Assembly: GCA_963741095.1 (NCBI GenBank)
Contig: CAVUGN010000004.1
Coordinates: 1 to 64,000, forward strand
Length of the DNA stretch: 64,000 bases
Reading direction: 5' to 3'
Origin: an uncultured Candidatus Micrarchaeota archaeon
GTDB taxonomy: Archaea > Micrarchaeota > Micrarchaeia > Micrarchaeales > Micrarchaeaceae
The notes beneath the pieces are model-generated. The model was given only the letters and a program-made list of their open reading frames with translations. It had not been told where the DNA came from and did no database searches. The position numbers and the translations under genes are program-made. The number at the start of each line of letters is the position of its first letter. The stretch's first letter is position 1. Below, piece after piece: positions 19,395 to 28,789 of this stretch.

Positions 19395-19988
19395 ATGCAC
19401 ACCAGCAACCCTAAGATAGTGCTTGCGTCGAGTTCTCCTAGAAGAAAAGCTCTTTTGAAAAGTCTAGGCGTCGGATTTTCAGTCCTTCCAAGCAAGTTCG
19501 ACGAAAGAAAAGTGAAAGCGATCGAGCCAAAGGCCTATGCGAAAAAGCTTGCAACGCTAAAAGCGAGCGAGGTGTCCTCGCGGGTAAAAAAGGGAATAAT
19601 AATCGGGGCGGACACCGTGGTAGTGGTGGGCAAAGAGATACTCAACAAGCCGAAGGACGCGAAAGACGCGCGAAGGATGCTGAAATTACTGAGCGGAAAA
19701 ACGCACCGTGTGATAACAGGCATGTGTGTGATAAACAACTACGACAACACTATCAAAACCGTTGCGGTTTCTTCAAAGGTCAGATTCAAGAAGCTGGGCG
19801 AAAAGACGATCGATTGGTACATAGATTCGAAAGAGCCGCTCGACAAGGCGGGGGCATACGCGATACAGGGCAAGGGCGCGATTCTCATCGAAGGAATATC
19901 CGGTGACTACAACAACATAGTGGGGCTGCCGCTGGCTGTGCTCTCAAAGATCCTGATGCAAATGGGCGTACAACACAAAACAAAATAA
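19395..19988 (+). CDS. maf: Maf-family nucleoside triphosphate pyrophosphatase
   Basis: LASSSPRR, GADTVV, KPKD, DKAGAYAIQG. Confidence 0.95.
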   Translation: MHTSNPKIVLASSSPRRKALLKSLGVGFSVLPSKFDERKVKAIEPKAYAKKLATLKASEVSSRVKKGIIIGADTVVVVGKEILNKPKDAKDARRMLKLLSGKTHRVITGMCVINNYDNTIKTVAVSSKVRFKKLGEKTIDWYIDSKEPLDKAGAYAIQGKGAILIEGISGDYNNIVGLPLAVLSKILMQMGVQHKTK

Positions 19989-19989
19989 A

Positions 19990-20835
19990 TCAGCAGACCT
20001 TCGGCGCGGATATGCCCGTGCTTGACAGGAACTCGTTTATGGAATTGACGTCCTTTGGCTTCAGCTTCCAGTCCGCAGAACCTATCAACTCCATGACATG
20101 CTCCTTCCTGCTTGCTTTTGGTATCACCATGACCGGCTCCTTGCAGATCAGCCAGTTCAGCGCCACCTGCGTGGCGGTCTTGTTGTAAGCCTTTCCTATC
20201 CCGGCAAGGAAATCCGTGAGCTTCGAGTACTCCTTCTTGTACAGCGCTCCGTGCGTCAATGGACTGTAGGCCATGACCGTTATCTTCTGCTTCTCGCAGT
20301 AGCCAAGAATGTCCTTTTCGATGCCCCTGACCAGTATGCTGTACTCGAACTGGTTCGTGACGAGCTCGTTCTCTTTCAGCGCCTCCTGCGCCGCCTTCAT
20401 CTCCTCCACGGAGAAGTTGCTCACCCCTATGTAGCGTATCTTGCCGTCCTTGACCAGCTTCTCCATTGCGCGCATCGTCTCCTCTATCGGTATTGACTCG
20501 TTGGGCCAGTGCAGTTGGTATAAGTCTATTGTCTTTATGCCCAGCTTCTTGAGGCTGGCGTCGCAGGACTTTATTACGTCATCGTAATGGAAGTGCGGCG
20601 GTGCCACCTTCGTCGCCACGAACATGCCGTCGTAGCCCTTTATCGCCTTCCCCACTTCGGGTTCCGTGCCATAAACTTCTGCAGTGTCAACAAACCTCAC
20701 GCCGTTTTCGAAGCCGAATTTCAGCGCCTCGATCGCGCTCTCCTTTCCGACAACGTCGTTCAGCTTCCACGTGCCCAGGCCAAACACGGGTATCTTCTCA
20801 TTCGTCTTGCCAAGATTTTTGTACTCCATAGCCAC
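19990..20835 (-). CDS. Aldo/keto reductase
   Basis: GLGTW, DTAEVYG, DLYQLHWP, IGVSNF, IPKAS. Confidence 0.95.
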   Translation of the reverse strand: MAMEYKNLGKTNEKIPVFGLGTWKLNDVVGKESAIEALKFGFENGVRFVDTAEVYGTEPEVGKAIKGYDGMFVATKVAPPHFHYDDVIKSCDASLKKLGIKTIDLYQLHWPNESIPIEETMRAMEKLVKDGKIRYIGVSNFSVEEMKAAQEALKENELVTNQFEYSILVRGIEKDILGYCEKQKITVMAYSPLTHGALYKKEYSKLTDFLAGIGKAYNKTATQVALNWLICKEPVMVIPKASRKEHVMELIGSADWKLKPKDVNSINEFLSSTGISAPKVC

Positions 20836-20837
20836 AC

Positions 20838-21284
20838 CTACCGATAAGCATCCTCTGTTTTAACTGCAATCCCGCTCTTTTTCAGCAGCGCAGCGGTGAC
20901 TCCATCGCCATCAATCAGCGTGCGCGAGAATGTGCCGTCATACACCTTGCCGCAGCCGCACGAAGGGCTCCTTGCCTTCAGTATCGCCCCATCCGCGCCT
21001 ATCCCCTTTGCTATCCTGAGCGTCTCCCATGCCCCCTTGACAAACTGATCGGTCACATCGTTACCCTTCGGGCTCACGACCTTGGCCCTGCCCTCCAGGA
21101 CATCGAGGCCGCTCCCGCCCACCATCTCAGCATCTGCTCTTGGCACGGACTGCCCTCCGAGGACCTCCGGGCAGACCGGAAAAAGATCGCCCTTCTTGAA
21201 CTCTTCGTACACCTTCTCGTTCAGGCTGTTGCCTCCCTTCCATTTGCAGTTTATCCCAACAAGACAAGCGCTGACCAATCTCAT
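20838..21284 (-). CDS. DUF523 / 2-thiouracil desulfurase (TudS)-family Fe-S protein
   Basis: VSACLVG, CPEVLGG, KARSPSCG. Confidence 0.9.
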   Translation of the reverse strand: MRLVSACLVGINCKWKGGNSLNEKVYEEFKKGDLFPVCPEVLGGQSVPRADAEMVGGSGLDVLEGRAKVVSPKGNDVTDQFVKGAWETLRIAKGIGADGAILKARSPSCGCGKVYDGTFSRTLIDGDGVTAALLKKSGIAVKTEDAYR

Positions 21285-21419
21285 AAAAACCCTCTTTGAC
21301 CTCTGTGGGACCACCTGCCCGCACCGGCAATCCCCAGCTAACCTTTATAAAGCCTATTTTATAGTATTATACGCAATAAAGGCATTAAATAGCTGTTAGT
21401 CAAATGTATAGTTGGTTAC

Positions 21420-21752
21420 ATGATCGGAAAGGAATCAAAAGAGGGCAAGGTAGTGCCGATAAACACAGTCATAGAAATACTCGAAGAGAGGAAGAAGGAC
21501 GGCGATCTCACTTACGAGCAGCAGATAGCATTGGAGCATTCGGAGAAGTTCGCCCAGACAAAGGCGCACACCGAGAAGATGAAGAAGGCTCTCGAGGCTT
21601 TGGACCTGCTGAACGTGAAGAGCATCTTCAAGATACTCGAGATACAGCCCAGGAACGCGATGCTGCTCAAGCAGATACTGATGCAGGAAAAAAAGACTTT
21701 CGGCGACGAGGACATACAGAAGATACTGGCAATAACAAGAGAAAAGGGTTAG
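21420..21752 (+). CDS. rpoF: RNA polymerase subunit F (Rpo4)
   Basis: MIGKE...LTYEQQIALEH..KF...P; upstream of DUF655 as in other archaea. Confidence 0.85.
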   Translation: MIGKESKEGKVVPINTVIEILEERKKDGDLTYEQQIALEHSEKFAQTKAHTEKMKKALEALDLLNVKSIFKILEIQPRNAMLLKQILMQEKKTFGDEDIQKILAITREKG

Positions 21753-21787
21753 TGCTCTAATGCGGATGGACATAATCAAGTGTGTGA

Positions 21788-22354
21788 ATGGAAGGAGAAG
21801 AGAAAAGAGAGGAGTACGCATATGTGCTAGACTTCATGCTCAGCGGCAAGTCTTTTTCTAACCGTCCGGAGCCCATAAGCCAGCTCCTTGGCGAGGAATG
21901 GTTCACACTTCTTGAGGCGACGCCGAAGCCCGCCGCAGCGCTTGCACTGGGCGAGCGCGTCTACATAGGCAAGAACGAGCGCGACAAGATACTGCTCATA
22001 AAGACGAGGATAAGCTACAACGAGCTGACGCAGACCTCAAGGAACGAGCTGCCGAACCTCGTGATGAAGATAGTGCGCACGAACGAGAAGAGGTTCGTCG
22101 ACATATTCAACAATGCGGGCCCGCTCAACATAAGGCAGCACTCGCTGGAATTGCTGCCTGGCGTGGGGAAGAAGCACCTCGAGGCGATACTCAAGGCGAG
22201 GAACGAGAAGAAGTTCGAGAACTTCGCTGACATCGAGGCCAGGGTGGCGCTTCTGCAGGATCCTGCAAAGCTGGTTTCCGAGAGGGTACTATCCGAGCTG
22301 GAGGGCAACGAAAGGTTCTACATGCTCACGAAGCCCTACCGGCCGCGCCTCTGA
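21788..22354 (+). CDS. DUF655 putative RNA-binding protein
   Basis: EEYAYVLD, FTLLE, HSLELLPGVGKK (HhH). Confidence 0.9.
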   Translation: MEGEEKREEYAYVLDFMLSGKSFSNRPEPISQLLGEEWFTLLEATPKPAAALALGERVYIGKNERDKILLIKTRISYNELTQTSRNELPNLVMKIVRTNEKRFVDIFNNAGPLNIRQHSLELLPGVGKKHLEAILKARNEKKFENFADIEARVALLQDPAKLVSERVLSELEGNERFYMLTKPYRPRL

Positions 22355-22418
22355 TCCTTATTCGGGAAGTCTATTCTACCGTCTGAACGAACTGGTCCAA
22401 AAGAAAAAGTCCGAAGAT

Positions 22419-22706
22419 TTACCTGGCCTTGTCCAGGTGCACCGAAGGCACTATCAGCTTCTTTGTCGTGTTGAAGACATTGATCTGGACGACATAAGCC
22501 GCTCCCCTCTTCTCGATGATCTTGCCTATCTTGCCCTTGTACCTCGGATGAGGTATGTTCCTGGTGTTGCCCTTTGGCACTATGGCAACCTTGTCGCCGA
22601 TGTTGAAGCTCTTTATTATCGCGCTCACGCTTAGCGATGAAGGCCTGTGATGCCTTGCCAGATGCCTCGTCTTTCCTACGAATATTCCGCTTGATCTTTT
22701 TGACAT
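22419..22706 (-). CDS. rpl21e: 50S ribosomal protein L21e
   Basis: F.IGDKV.I, PHPRY.GK.G, K.LIV...HL. Confidence 0.92.
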   Translation of the reverse strand: MSKRSSGIFVGKTRHLARHHRPSSLSVSAIIKSFNIGDKVAIVPKGNTRNIPHPRYKGKIGKIIEKRGAAYVVQINVFNTTKKLIVPSVHLDKAR

Positions 22707-22818
22707 TGACTCCACTTTGTAGACTAAAACGGATGCCCTATGATGTAATACCGTAATTAGCAGAATCTATTATGTTGATTATGTATTTAAACGTTTGCGG
22801 CTCTCGGCTCCTGTCTGC

Positions 22819-23349
22819 CTAATCCAGTCGGGACAGCACGAAACGGACCCGCTCCTCCACTGTCAGCGGCGGCACCTCGATGACCTGATAGCCGAATTCC
22901 CTGTACGCCCCGAGCAGAAGCCCGCCCAACTTGCTTGCGAGCTCGGCGTCCTCGGTCCTCAGGGAGCCCTTCTCGTAGAAATTCAGCGGCTGCATGAAAA
23001 AGACCTTCCTGTACCGCCCTTTCACCATCTCCTCTATATGACCGGTCGGCATGTCAGTCAATCTGTGGTACACTATGTTATCGACCAGCGACCTGTCAAA
23101 GAACACTATTCTGTCGGTAGGCACGTCCTTCTCCAATTGCATGTCCCTCTGCAGGCACAGCTGGTTGAATTTGACTCCGTCGCGCCTCAACTCCTCCAAC
23201 GTTATGCCCCTGGCGGCGTGCTCCTCTATCACCGATTGCGCCGCTTCTGGCACCATGTAATAGCCCAGCTTGCCGAGGCTCTTCCACAGCGTGGTCTTCC
23301 CCGAAGACGGGCCTCCAGCCACGACATACCACGGGGTTTCAATCGTCAT
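22819..23349 (-). CDS. P-loop ATPase/kinase (AAA_28, NadR-like)
   Basis: GGPSSGKTT, VPEAA, FFDRSLVD. Confidence 0.85.
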   Translation of the reverse strand: MTIETPWYVVAGGPSSGKTTLWKSLGKLGYYMVPEAAQSVIEEHAARGITLEELRRDGVKFNQLCLQRDMQLEKDVPTDRIVFFDRSLVDNIVYHRLTDMPTGHIEEMVKGRYRKVFFMQPLNFYEKGSLRTEDAELASKLGGLLLGAYREFGYQVIEVPPLTVEERVRFVLSRLD

Positions 23350-23487
23350 CAGACACACCAGAACAGGCAGCGCGCATTTCGCGCAGGCACAAGTATTATT
23401 TCGAGCGAATTAAATAACGTTTCGTTCCCCAGCGAAAGATAAGCCATTTAAATACTAACACACAAGTATCCTTATAAAGAGGATTAC

Positions 23488-23817
23488 ATGCCGAAGAAAC
23501 AATCAACCCAGATATTTCCACCGCACAAGCATGTCGTGCTTCATCCCACTTACCGGGTAGAGAACATAGTAGCGAAGGCAGAGCTCAACGTCGACCTCGA
23601 CCTTTACGGGCTCGCGAAGCTGTCGCACGACGTCGACTACGAGCCGGAGCAGTTTCCCGGAGCTATATTCAAGGTGCACGAGCCAAAAGCGGCGCTGCTG
23701 CTATTCAAGAACGGGAAGATAATCTGCACCGGCGCCAGGACCACCGCGGACATAAAGAGGGCGGTGAGCCAGGCGGTCGATCTGGTCAACAAGTACATCG
23801 ACACCAAGACAAAATAG
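23488..23817 (+). CDS. Single-repeat (half) TATA-box-binding protein
   Basis: One complete TBP repeat: VENIVA, LDL, YEPEQFPG, LLFKNGKIICTGA; 109 aa with no second repeat nearby. Confidence 0.88.
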   Translation: MPKKQSTQIFPPHKHVVLHPTYRVENIVAKAELNVDLDLYGLAKLSHDVDYEPEQFPGAIFKVHEPKAALLLFKNGKIICTGARTTADIKRAVSQAVDLVNKYIDTKTK

Positions 23818-23947
23818 CCCCCATTTGGTGGCAGGGCTTTTGCAAATTATAACCTGCGATTTGACAGAAAGGTTTTTATTAGTTTGTAGTAAATAATTAG
23901 TCCTTACGCTTTAACGCGTATCCTATAAACCCTATTCTCATCCACCC

Positions 23948-23970
23948 AGGCGTATGCTTTGCATACGCCT
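23948..23970. other. Perfect 10-bp hairpin AGGCGTATGC-TTT-GCATACGCCT (terminator or sRNA element)
   Basis: Inverted repeat seen directly, between convergent genes. Confidence 0.55.
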
Positions 23971-23998
23971 ACTTTTGCTTCATGTTTCTGACGACACC

Positions 23999-24865
23999 TC
24001 AGGGGCTCAGCGCTATCGCTCCTACAACCATCACGACAAGACCGGCAAACTGAAGCTTTGTCCATCTGTCCTTGTAGAACATGCGGCTCAGGAGCATCTC
24101 GCAAGCAGGACCCATGGAGTTTATCGCCCCGGCAAGTGCGATTGCATTGCCAAGGAAGATGTAGCCGAACACTAGCATCCCAATCCCATCGAACAGTCCG
24201 CTTCCAAGGGTTATCAATGCCGTTCTGCCGCTTATCTTCTTCTGCACCTTAACTATCTTGCTCTTGCGAGGCATTGTCAGGAGCAGGTAAGCCGCGACCA
24301 TGGCGAACGAAAAGACCTTCACCATGAGTATGGGGAGGATGAACTCTCCAGATCCCTTTATCGCGTAGGTTATCGGTATGGCGTACAATGCCCAGAGAAC
24401 CATCCCCACGATTGCGGGGAACAGCTTCTTGTTGAACCTCTGTTTCACGTTGGTCGTGACGCAGAGCGCCCCGAAGAATATGGCGAGCATGCTCGCCGAT
24501 TGCACAAGTGTCACGCTCTCTGAGAGCGCAAAGAACCCGAACAGCACAAGGACTACTGGTACGATCTCGAAAAGGATCAGCGTATTCGACGCCTGCTCGG
24601 TCTCAAGGGATTTGTAGACGAGCAGGTACCCAGCTGCCAGAAAGAAGGATGAGAGCGCAATCAGGCATATCTGATAAACACTCGGCATGCTTCCAGCGCC
24701 GAAGATGAGCAGGGCGATGAAGGCCGGCAAGATCCCGACGCCCATTATCGCGATCGAAGCGGTGCGGTTGCCGAAGAACTCCGAGACGTATTTCGATGCC
24801 GTGTCGCCGACCACGTACGCCGATGTGGCGACAAGCGCCGCAGCTATGCCAAGATTGAAATTCAT
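23999..24865 (-). CDS. EamA/DMT family transporter
   Basis: About ten TM helices in two repeats. Confidence 0.85.
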   Translation of the reverse strand: MNFNLGIAAALVATSAYVVGDTASKYVSEFFGNRTASIAIMGVGILPAFIALLIFGAGSMPSVYQICLIALSSFFLAAGYLLVYKSLETEQASNTLILFEIVPVVLVLFGFFALSESVTLVQSASMLAIFFGALCVTTNVKQRFNKKLFPAIVGMVLWALYAIPITYAIKGSGEFILPILMVKVFSFAMVAAYLLLTMPRKSKIVKVQKKISGRTALITLGSGLFDGIGMLVFGYIFLGNAIALAGAINSMGPACEMLLSRMFYKDRWTKLQFAGLVVMVVGAIALSP

Positions 24866-24889
24866 TGTAACACGAAGCACATTGAATCC

Positions 24890-25453
24890 CTACTGCTTCT
24901 GCGCGAAGAGAAGGTATCCTGTGTGCCAAACGCCCTTTGTCGAAGGCCTCATCCCTTCCTCCCTGACTAGCATGTCCCTCACTATGACCTCCAGAACCAG
25001 CACGTTGTAGAATTTGTACTTCCCTAGCCGTTCCGCAAACTTCTTGACCTGCTCCATGTGCGGCAGGTAGCCGAAGATGAAGCCGTTCTGCTTCAGCGCC
25101 TTGTAAGCGTGCTTGACCACCTTGTCTGAATCTGGCATGTCGAGAGTGACAAGATCGACGTCCTTCTCGTCTATGCCCTTTGTGATATCCTTCTCCTTTA
25201 TCTCAAGGTTGTCGAGCCTTTCGTTCAGCTTGTTGCGCTCCGCGATCTTTATGAACTCCGGACGTATGTCGTAGCTTGTGACCTTCTTGCAGATCCTCGC
25301 GAGCGAGACCGCCAGCCATCCGCTGCCCGTGCCCGCGTCGACGCAAACGCTGTTCCTGTCCACTCCCGTGTAAGTGATCACCATGCCTATGTCCTTGGGC
25401 AGCATGACCTGCGGGCCCCTCTTCAATCTCCTGTAAGCTTGCGGTATGAACAT
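24890..25453 (-). CDS. trmI: tRNA (adenine-57/58-N1)-methyltransferase, lacking the N-terminal domain
   Basis: RGPQVMLPKD, DAGTGSG, LDMP, RPST...HTGYL. Confidence 0.88.
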   Translation of the reverse strand: MFIPQAYRRLKRGPQVMLPKDIGMVITYTGVDRNSVCVDAGTGSGWLAVSLARICKKVTSYDIRPEFIKIAERNKLNERLDNLEIKEKDITKGIDEKDVDLVTLDMPDSDKVVKHAYKALKQNGFIFGYLPHMEQVKKFAERLGKYKFYNVLVLEVIVRDMLVREEGMRPSTKGVWHTGYLLFAQKQ

Positions 25454-25463
25454 GCAATCAACA

Positions 25464-27749
25464 TCATTCTGTGTTATCCATCCTCTTTGACTTATCCTTT
25501 GCCTTCGCCTTCTTTTTCGGCGCAGGCTTCTTTGCGGTTTTTGCCTTGGTCTCCTTCTCCATCGCTTTGACTGCGGGTGTCGCCTTATCTGCAGTAATAA
25601 CTACCTTCGTCTTTGCGACCTTTTTCACCACGGGCTTTGCCGGCTTCGGCTGTGCTGCAGCCGCTTCAGCCTGCTTTGCCTTGTCCTCCAGCGCCTTAGC
25701 AGCTTTCGCCGCCTTCGCTGCGCTCCTCTCCCTCCATGCTTCCTTGGTGATGCAGTTAGGATCAAGGTCCATCTCGAAGACGCCTCTTCCGCTTCTTATG
25801 ACCTTGACTATCGGAGTGTGGCAATGCTCGCACACCTTCCCCGTGCCGACTATCTTCGCGTTCTGCGGCAGCGAGTAGGTTGTGGTGCAATCAGGATAAT
25901 TGGAACAGGCTGCAAAAGATTTCCCCATCTTCGACCTCCTCACGACCAGGTTGCCCCCGTCCTTCGGGCACTTGCCCAGTATCTCCTCGCCTTCGGATAT
26001 GCCCTTTGTCATCTCCTCTGCAATCTTCGCCTTGTTGCTGTCAAAGGACTTGAGTGCCTCGAGGAGCATGCTCTTGCCCTCGTTTATCACCTCCTCCTCT
26101 GTCTTCTCGCCTTTCGAGATCCTCTCCATGTCCTCTTCAAGCCCTCTCGTGGTGCCCTCGTCCACTATCATGTTGACGTTCTCGTTCAGCGCCTCATAAA
26201 TGCTCATGCCGAACTTCGTGACCCTTATGCTAGTTCCCTCTATGTACTCGCGCTTGAAGAGCGTGTCGATGATGCTCGCCCTAGTGGCCTTTGTTCCCAG
26301 CATGTGCCTCTCGAGCTCGGCTATGAGGCCGGCCTTGCTGTACCTTCTGGGGGGCTGTGTCTGCATGTCCTGCTTGTAGGCCTTCGTGGCCTTCGCCGCC
26401 ATGCCCTTCTTGAACGGCGGAAGCGTCTTCTCGCTGATCGTCGCGTAGGGGTAGAACTCAAGCCACCCCTTCTCCAGTATGCTGGTGCCATTCGCCTGGT
26501 ACTTCTCGTCACCGAACTGCACCACAACTCTCATGTTCGCGGTCTTCGCATATGGGGCGAAGCATGCAAGGAACCTTTTGACTATGAGGTCGTAGAGCCT
26601 TGTCTCCACATCCGTCAATCCTTTCACCATCGTCCCCGTGGGGAATATGGCCGGGTGCGCCTCGTCGGTCTTCATGCCCTCGTTCGGCCTGTACCTGTTC
26701 TCGCTCATCAGCTTCTTCGCGAGCTGCTCGTAATTCGGATTCTTTGCAAGGTCGCCGATTATCCTGTTCAATCCCAGGGTCGCCGGCAGCTTCTGCGAAG
26801 AAGTTCTCGGGTATGAAATGTAAGCCCTTTCATAAAGCGACTGCGCCGTGGCAAGCGCGGCGGACGGATCCATGCGCAGCGTGCGGCTTGCCTCCACCTG
26901 CAGCGAAGTCAGATCGAAAGGCGGGTACGGCCGTATCATCTGTTCGGTCATCGCGACCTCGGCGACTGCGCCTTTTTCGATGTTCGCGTTGGTGGTCTGA
27001 AGCGCCTTGTCCGATGCCGCCTTGTCGAAGATGTCCCCGCGCGTGTTTGCGAACTCTATCTCGTTTATCACCGCGACCACCCTCCAGAACGGCTTCGGCA
27101 CGAACTTTGCGATCTCCAGTTCCCTCTTGGCAAGCAGCGCCAGAGCGGGTCCTTGCACTCTGCCTATGCTGAGCGCCTTTGAGAACCGTGTTCCCGCAAG
27201 CGCACTGCTCAGGGCCCTGCTGAGATTTATGCCCCAGAGCCAGTCCAGTATGTGCCTGACCTCCCCTGCATAGAAATTGTTTATGTCGATCGGCTGAAGA
27301 TTGGCGTACGCCTCCTTTATGTCGGGTATGGTCGTTGTCGAGAACTTCATACGCTTGGCGCTTCCCAGCCCTCCGCCGGTGAACTTTATGATGTTGGTGC
27401 CTATGACCGTGCCCTCTATGTCGAAGTCGCAGGCGTTTATGAACGTCTTGGCCTTCGGCGCGAGCATTTTGAAAACATCAAGATACTTCTTCGTGAAGTC
27501 CGCTCCCTTGCTGACCTCGTAGGAAGCGGCCCAGCCGACGTTCAGGACGGGATAGCCGTACGCCTTGTCCGTCTGCCTGATGGTGTAGAGATGGCCCACG
27601 GCAGCGGCTATGTAAACCGTTCCGTTGCCGCTCTCTATCTCGTAATAGCTCACCCCGTTCGACGTGAGCCTCTTCTGCTTGTTATCCCCGAGCGCGATGG
27701 CTATTCTCAGCGCAACGCTGGGTTTTTCTGCTACGATGAGTGTGTCCAT
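25464..27749 (-). CDS. topA: DNA topoisomerase I (type IA) with Zn ribbons and Lys/Ala-rich tail
   Basis: AEKPS, D.D.EG, SIGRVQ, ISYPRT, LGTKATR. Confidence 0.97.
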   Translation of the reverse strand: MDTLIVAEKPSVALRIAIALGDNKQKRLTSNGVSYYEIESGNGTVYIAAAVGHLYTIRQTDKAYGYPVLNVGWAASYEVSKGADFTKKYLDVFKMLAPKAKTFINACDFDIEGTVIGTNIIKFTGGGLGSAKRMKFSTTTIPDIKEAYANLQPIDINNFYAGEVRHILDWLWGINLSRALSSALAGTRFSKALSIGRVQGPALALLAKRELEIAKFVPKPFWRVVAVINEIEFANTRGDIFDKAASDKALQTTNANIEKGAVAEVAMTEQMIRPYPPFDLTSLQVEASRTLRMDPSAALATAQSLYERAYISYPRTSSQKLPATLGLNRIIGDLAKNPNYEQLAKKLMSENRYRPNEGMKTDEAHPAIFPTGTMVKGLTDVETRLYDLIVKRFLACFAPYAKTANMRVVVQFGDEKYQANGTSILEKGWLEFYPYATISEKTLPPFKKGMAAKATKAYKQDMQTQPPRRYSKAGLIAELERHMLGTKATRASIIDTLFKREYIEGTSIRVTKFGMSIYEALNENVNMIVDEGTTRGLEEDMERISKGEKTEEEVINEGKSMLLEALKSFDSNKAKIAEEMTKGISEGEEILGKCPKDGGNLVVRRSKMGKSFAACSNYPDCTTTYSLPQNAKIVGTGKVCEHCHTPIVKVIRSGRGVFEMDLDPNCITKEAWRERSAAKAAKAAKALEDKAKQAEAAAAQPKPAKPVVKKVAKTKVVITADKATPAVKAMEKETKAKTAKKPAPKKKAKAKDKSKRMDNTE

Positions 27750-27767
27750 AAAAACATCCTCGAGCCA

Positions 27768-28052
27768 TCATGCCTTCGTGCTCGCTTTCTTCTTCGTTCT
27801 GTTTGACTTCAGCGCGTGCAGGTTCACGATGGGCTTCTGCGCTGCCGCTTCCTGCCGAGGGACCCGCCGCGCCGGGGCCTCGGATTCAGACTGCGATATC
27901 ATCCATGCATTGTAGAATCCTACGATGAGCGCCACTGCAACAATCACGTAGAACAGCGTGCCTGCGCCATAGTATATAAATACGACCACCGCTAATATAG
28001 CGAGCACAACAGTGGCCAATGACGTTAATACCTCAGCCGCGATTCGTTCCAT
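27768..28052 (-). CDS. Small 2-TM membrane protein with basic tail
   Basis: Two hydrophobic helices; co-oriented upstream of topA. Confidence 0.6.
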   Translation of the reverse strand: MERIAAEVLTSLATVVLAILAVVVFIYYGAGTLFYVIVAVALIVGFYNAWMISQSESEAPARRVPRQEAAAQKPIVNLHALKSNRTKKKASTKA

Positions 28053-28067
28053 CGCAACACCAATGAT

Positions 28068-28427
28068 TTGATGAACATCTATCTGGTCATATTTATAACA
28101 CTTGTTGCTTCACTGATGGCGTCCTCCTCTCAGATACTCTTCAAGACCGGCATGAAAAAGAAGCTGGGATCCCTCGCTGACATGATCGGCCTGCTGAAGA
28201 ACCGGAAGGTGCTGCTGGGCTTCATAGGCTATGCCTCAAGCCTCGTGGTTTATCTTTATGCCCTGTCGAGCTCGCCCCTTTCTATAGTCTATCCCACCTT
28301 CGCGAGCACCTTCATCTTCGTGGCGCTGCTCTCCTCAATATTACTCAAAGAGAAGATAAGCGCGCTAAGAGTCATCGGTGTCATCGTGATATTCCTCGGA
28401 ATAGCGCTGGTCGCGCTGACCGTGTAG
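28068..28427 (+). CDS. Small 4-TM EamA/SMR-like protein (ArnE/ArnF-like)
   Basis: QILFK, PLSIVYP, LKEKIS..R..G. Confidence 0.8.
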   Translation: MMNIYLVIFITLVASLMASSSQILFKTGMKKKLGSLADMIGLLKNRKVLLGFIGYASSLVVYLYALSSSPLSIVYPTFASTFIFVALLSSILLKEKISALRVIGVIVIFLGIALVALTV

Positions 28428-28434
28428 TGATTGC

Positions 28435-28764
28435 ATGGGCGAAAAAGCAAGGAACCTGGCAATGCTGTTCGCGTCGGCGACGCTCGGCGCGGTCGGCCAG
28501 TTCTTCTTCAAGTACGCCTTTGTGAACCAGAGCAGCTTCATAATGCTCCTGATCATCGGTCTCCTCTCCTACGCGGCATCAACCGTGGTCTATCTCTACG
28601 TGCTCAGTAGGGTCCACCTCAGCTGGGCGTACGGAGTCAGCGGCCTTAGCTACATCCTTGCGGTGGTGCTGGCCTATCTTGCGCTTTCAGAGAAGGTACC
28701 GCCATTGAGATGGGCCGGCGTGCTGGTCATAGCCATAGGTGTAGTGCTGATAGGGGCGAGCTGA
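28435..28764 (+). CDS. Small 4-TM EamA/SMR-like protein (ArnE/ArnF-like partner)
   Basis: GQFFFK, LSRV.LSWAY...GLSYI, E.V...RW.G. Confidence 0.8.
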   Translation: MGEKARNLAMLFASATLGAVGQFFFKYAFVNQSSFIMLLIIGLLSYAASTVVYLYVLSRVHLSWAYGVSGLSYILAVVLAYLALSEKVPPLRWAGVLVIAIGVVLIGAS

Positions 28765-28789
28765 ACCCGTCGTTTCCTACCGAAATCAA

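Noticed and set aside
23360-23998. Frameshifted or pseudogenised full-length TBP
   Set aside because: Neither flank shows a second NIV/EPEQF/GK..TG repeat, and the ORF has a clean start, stop and promoter.
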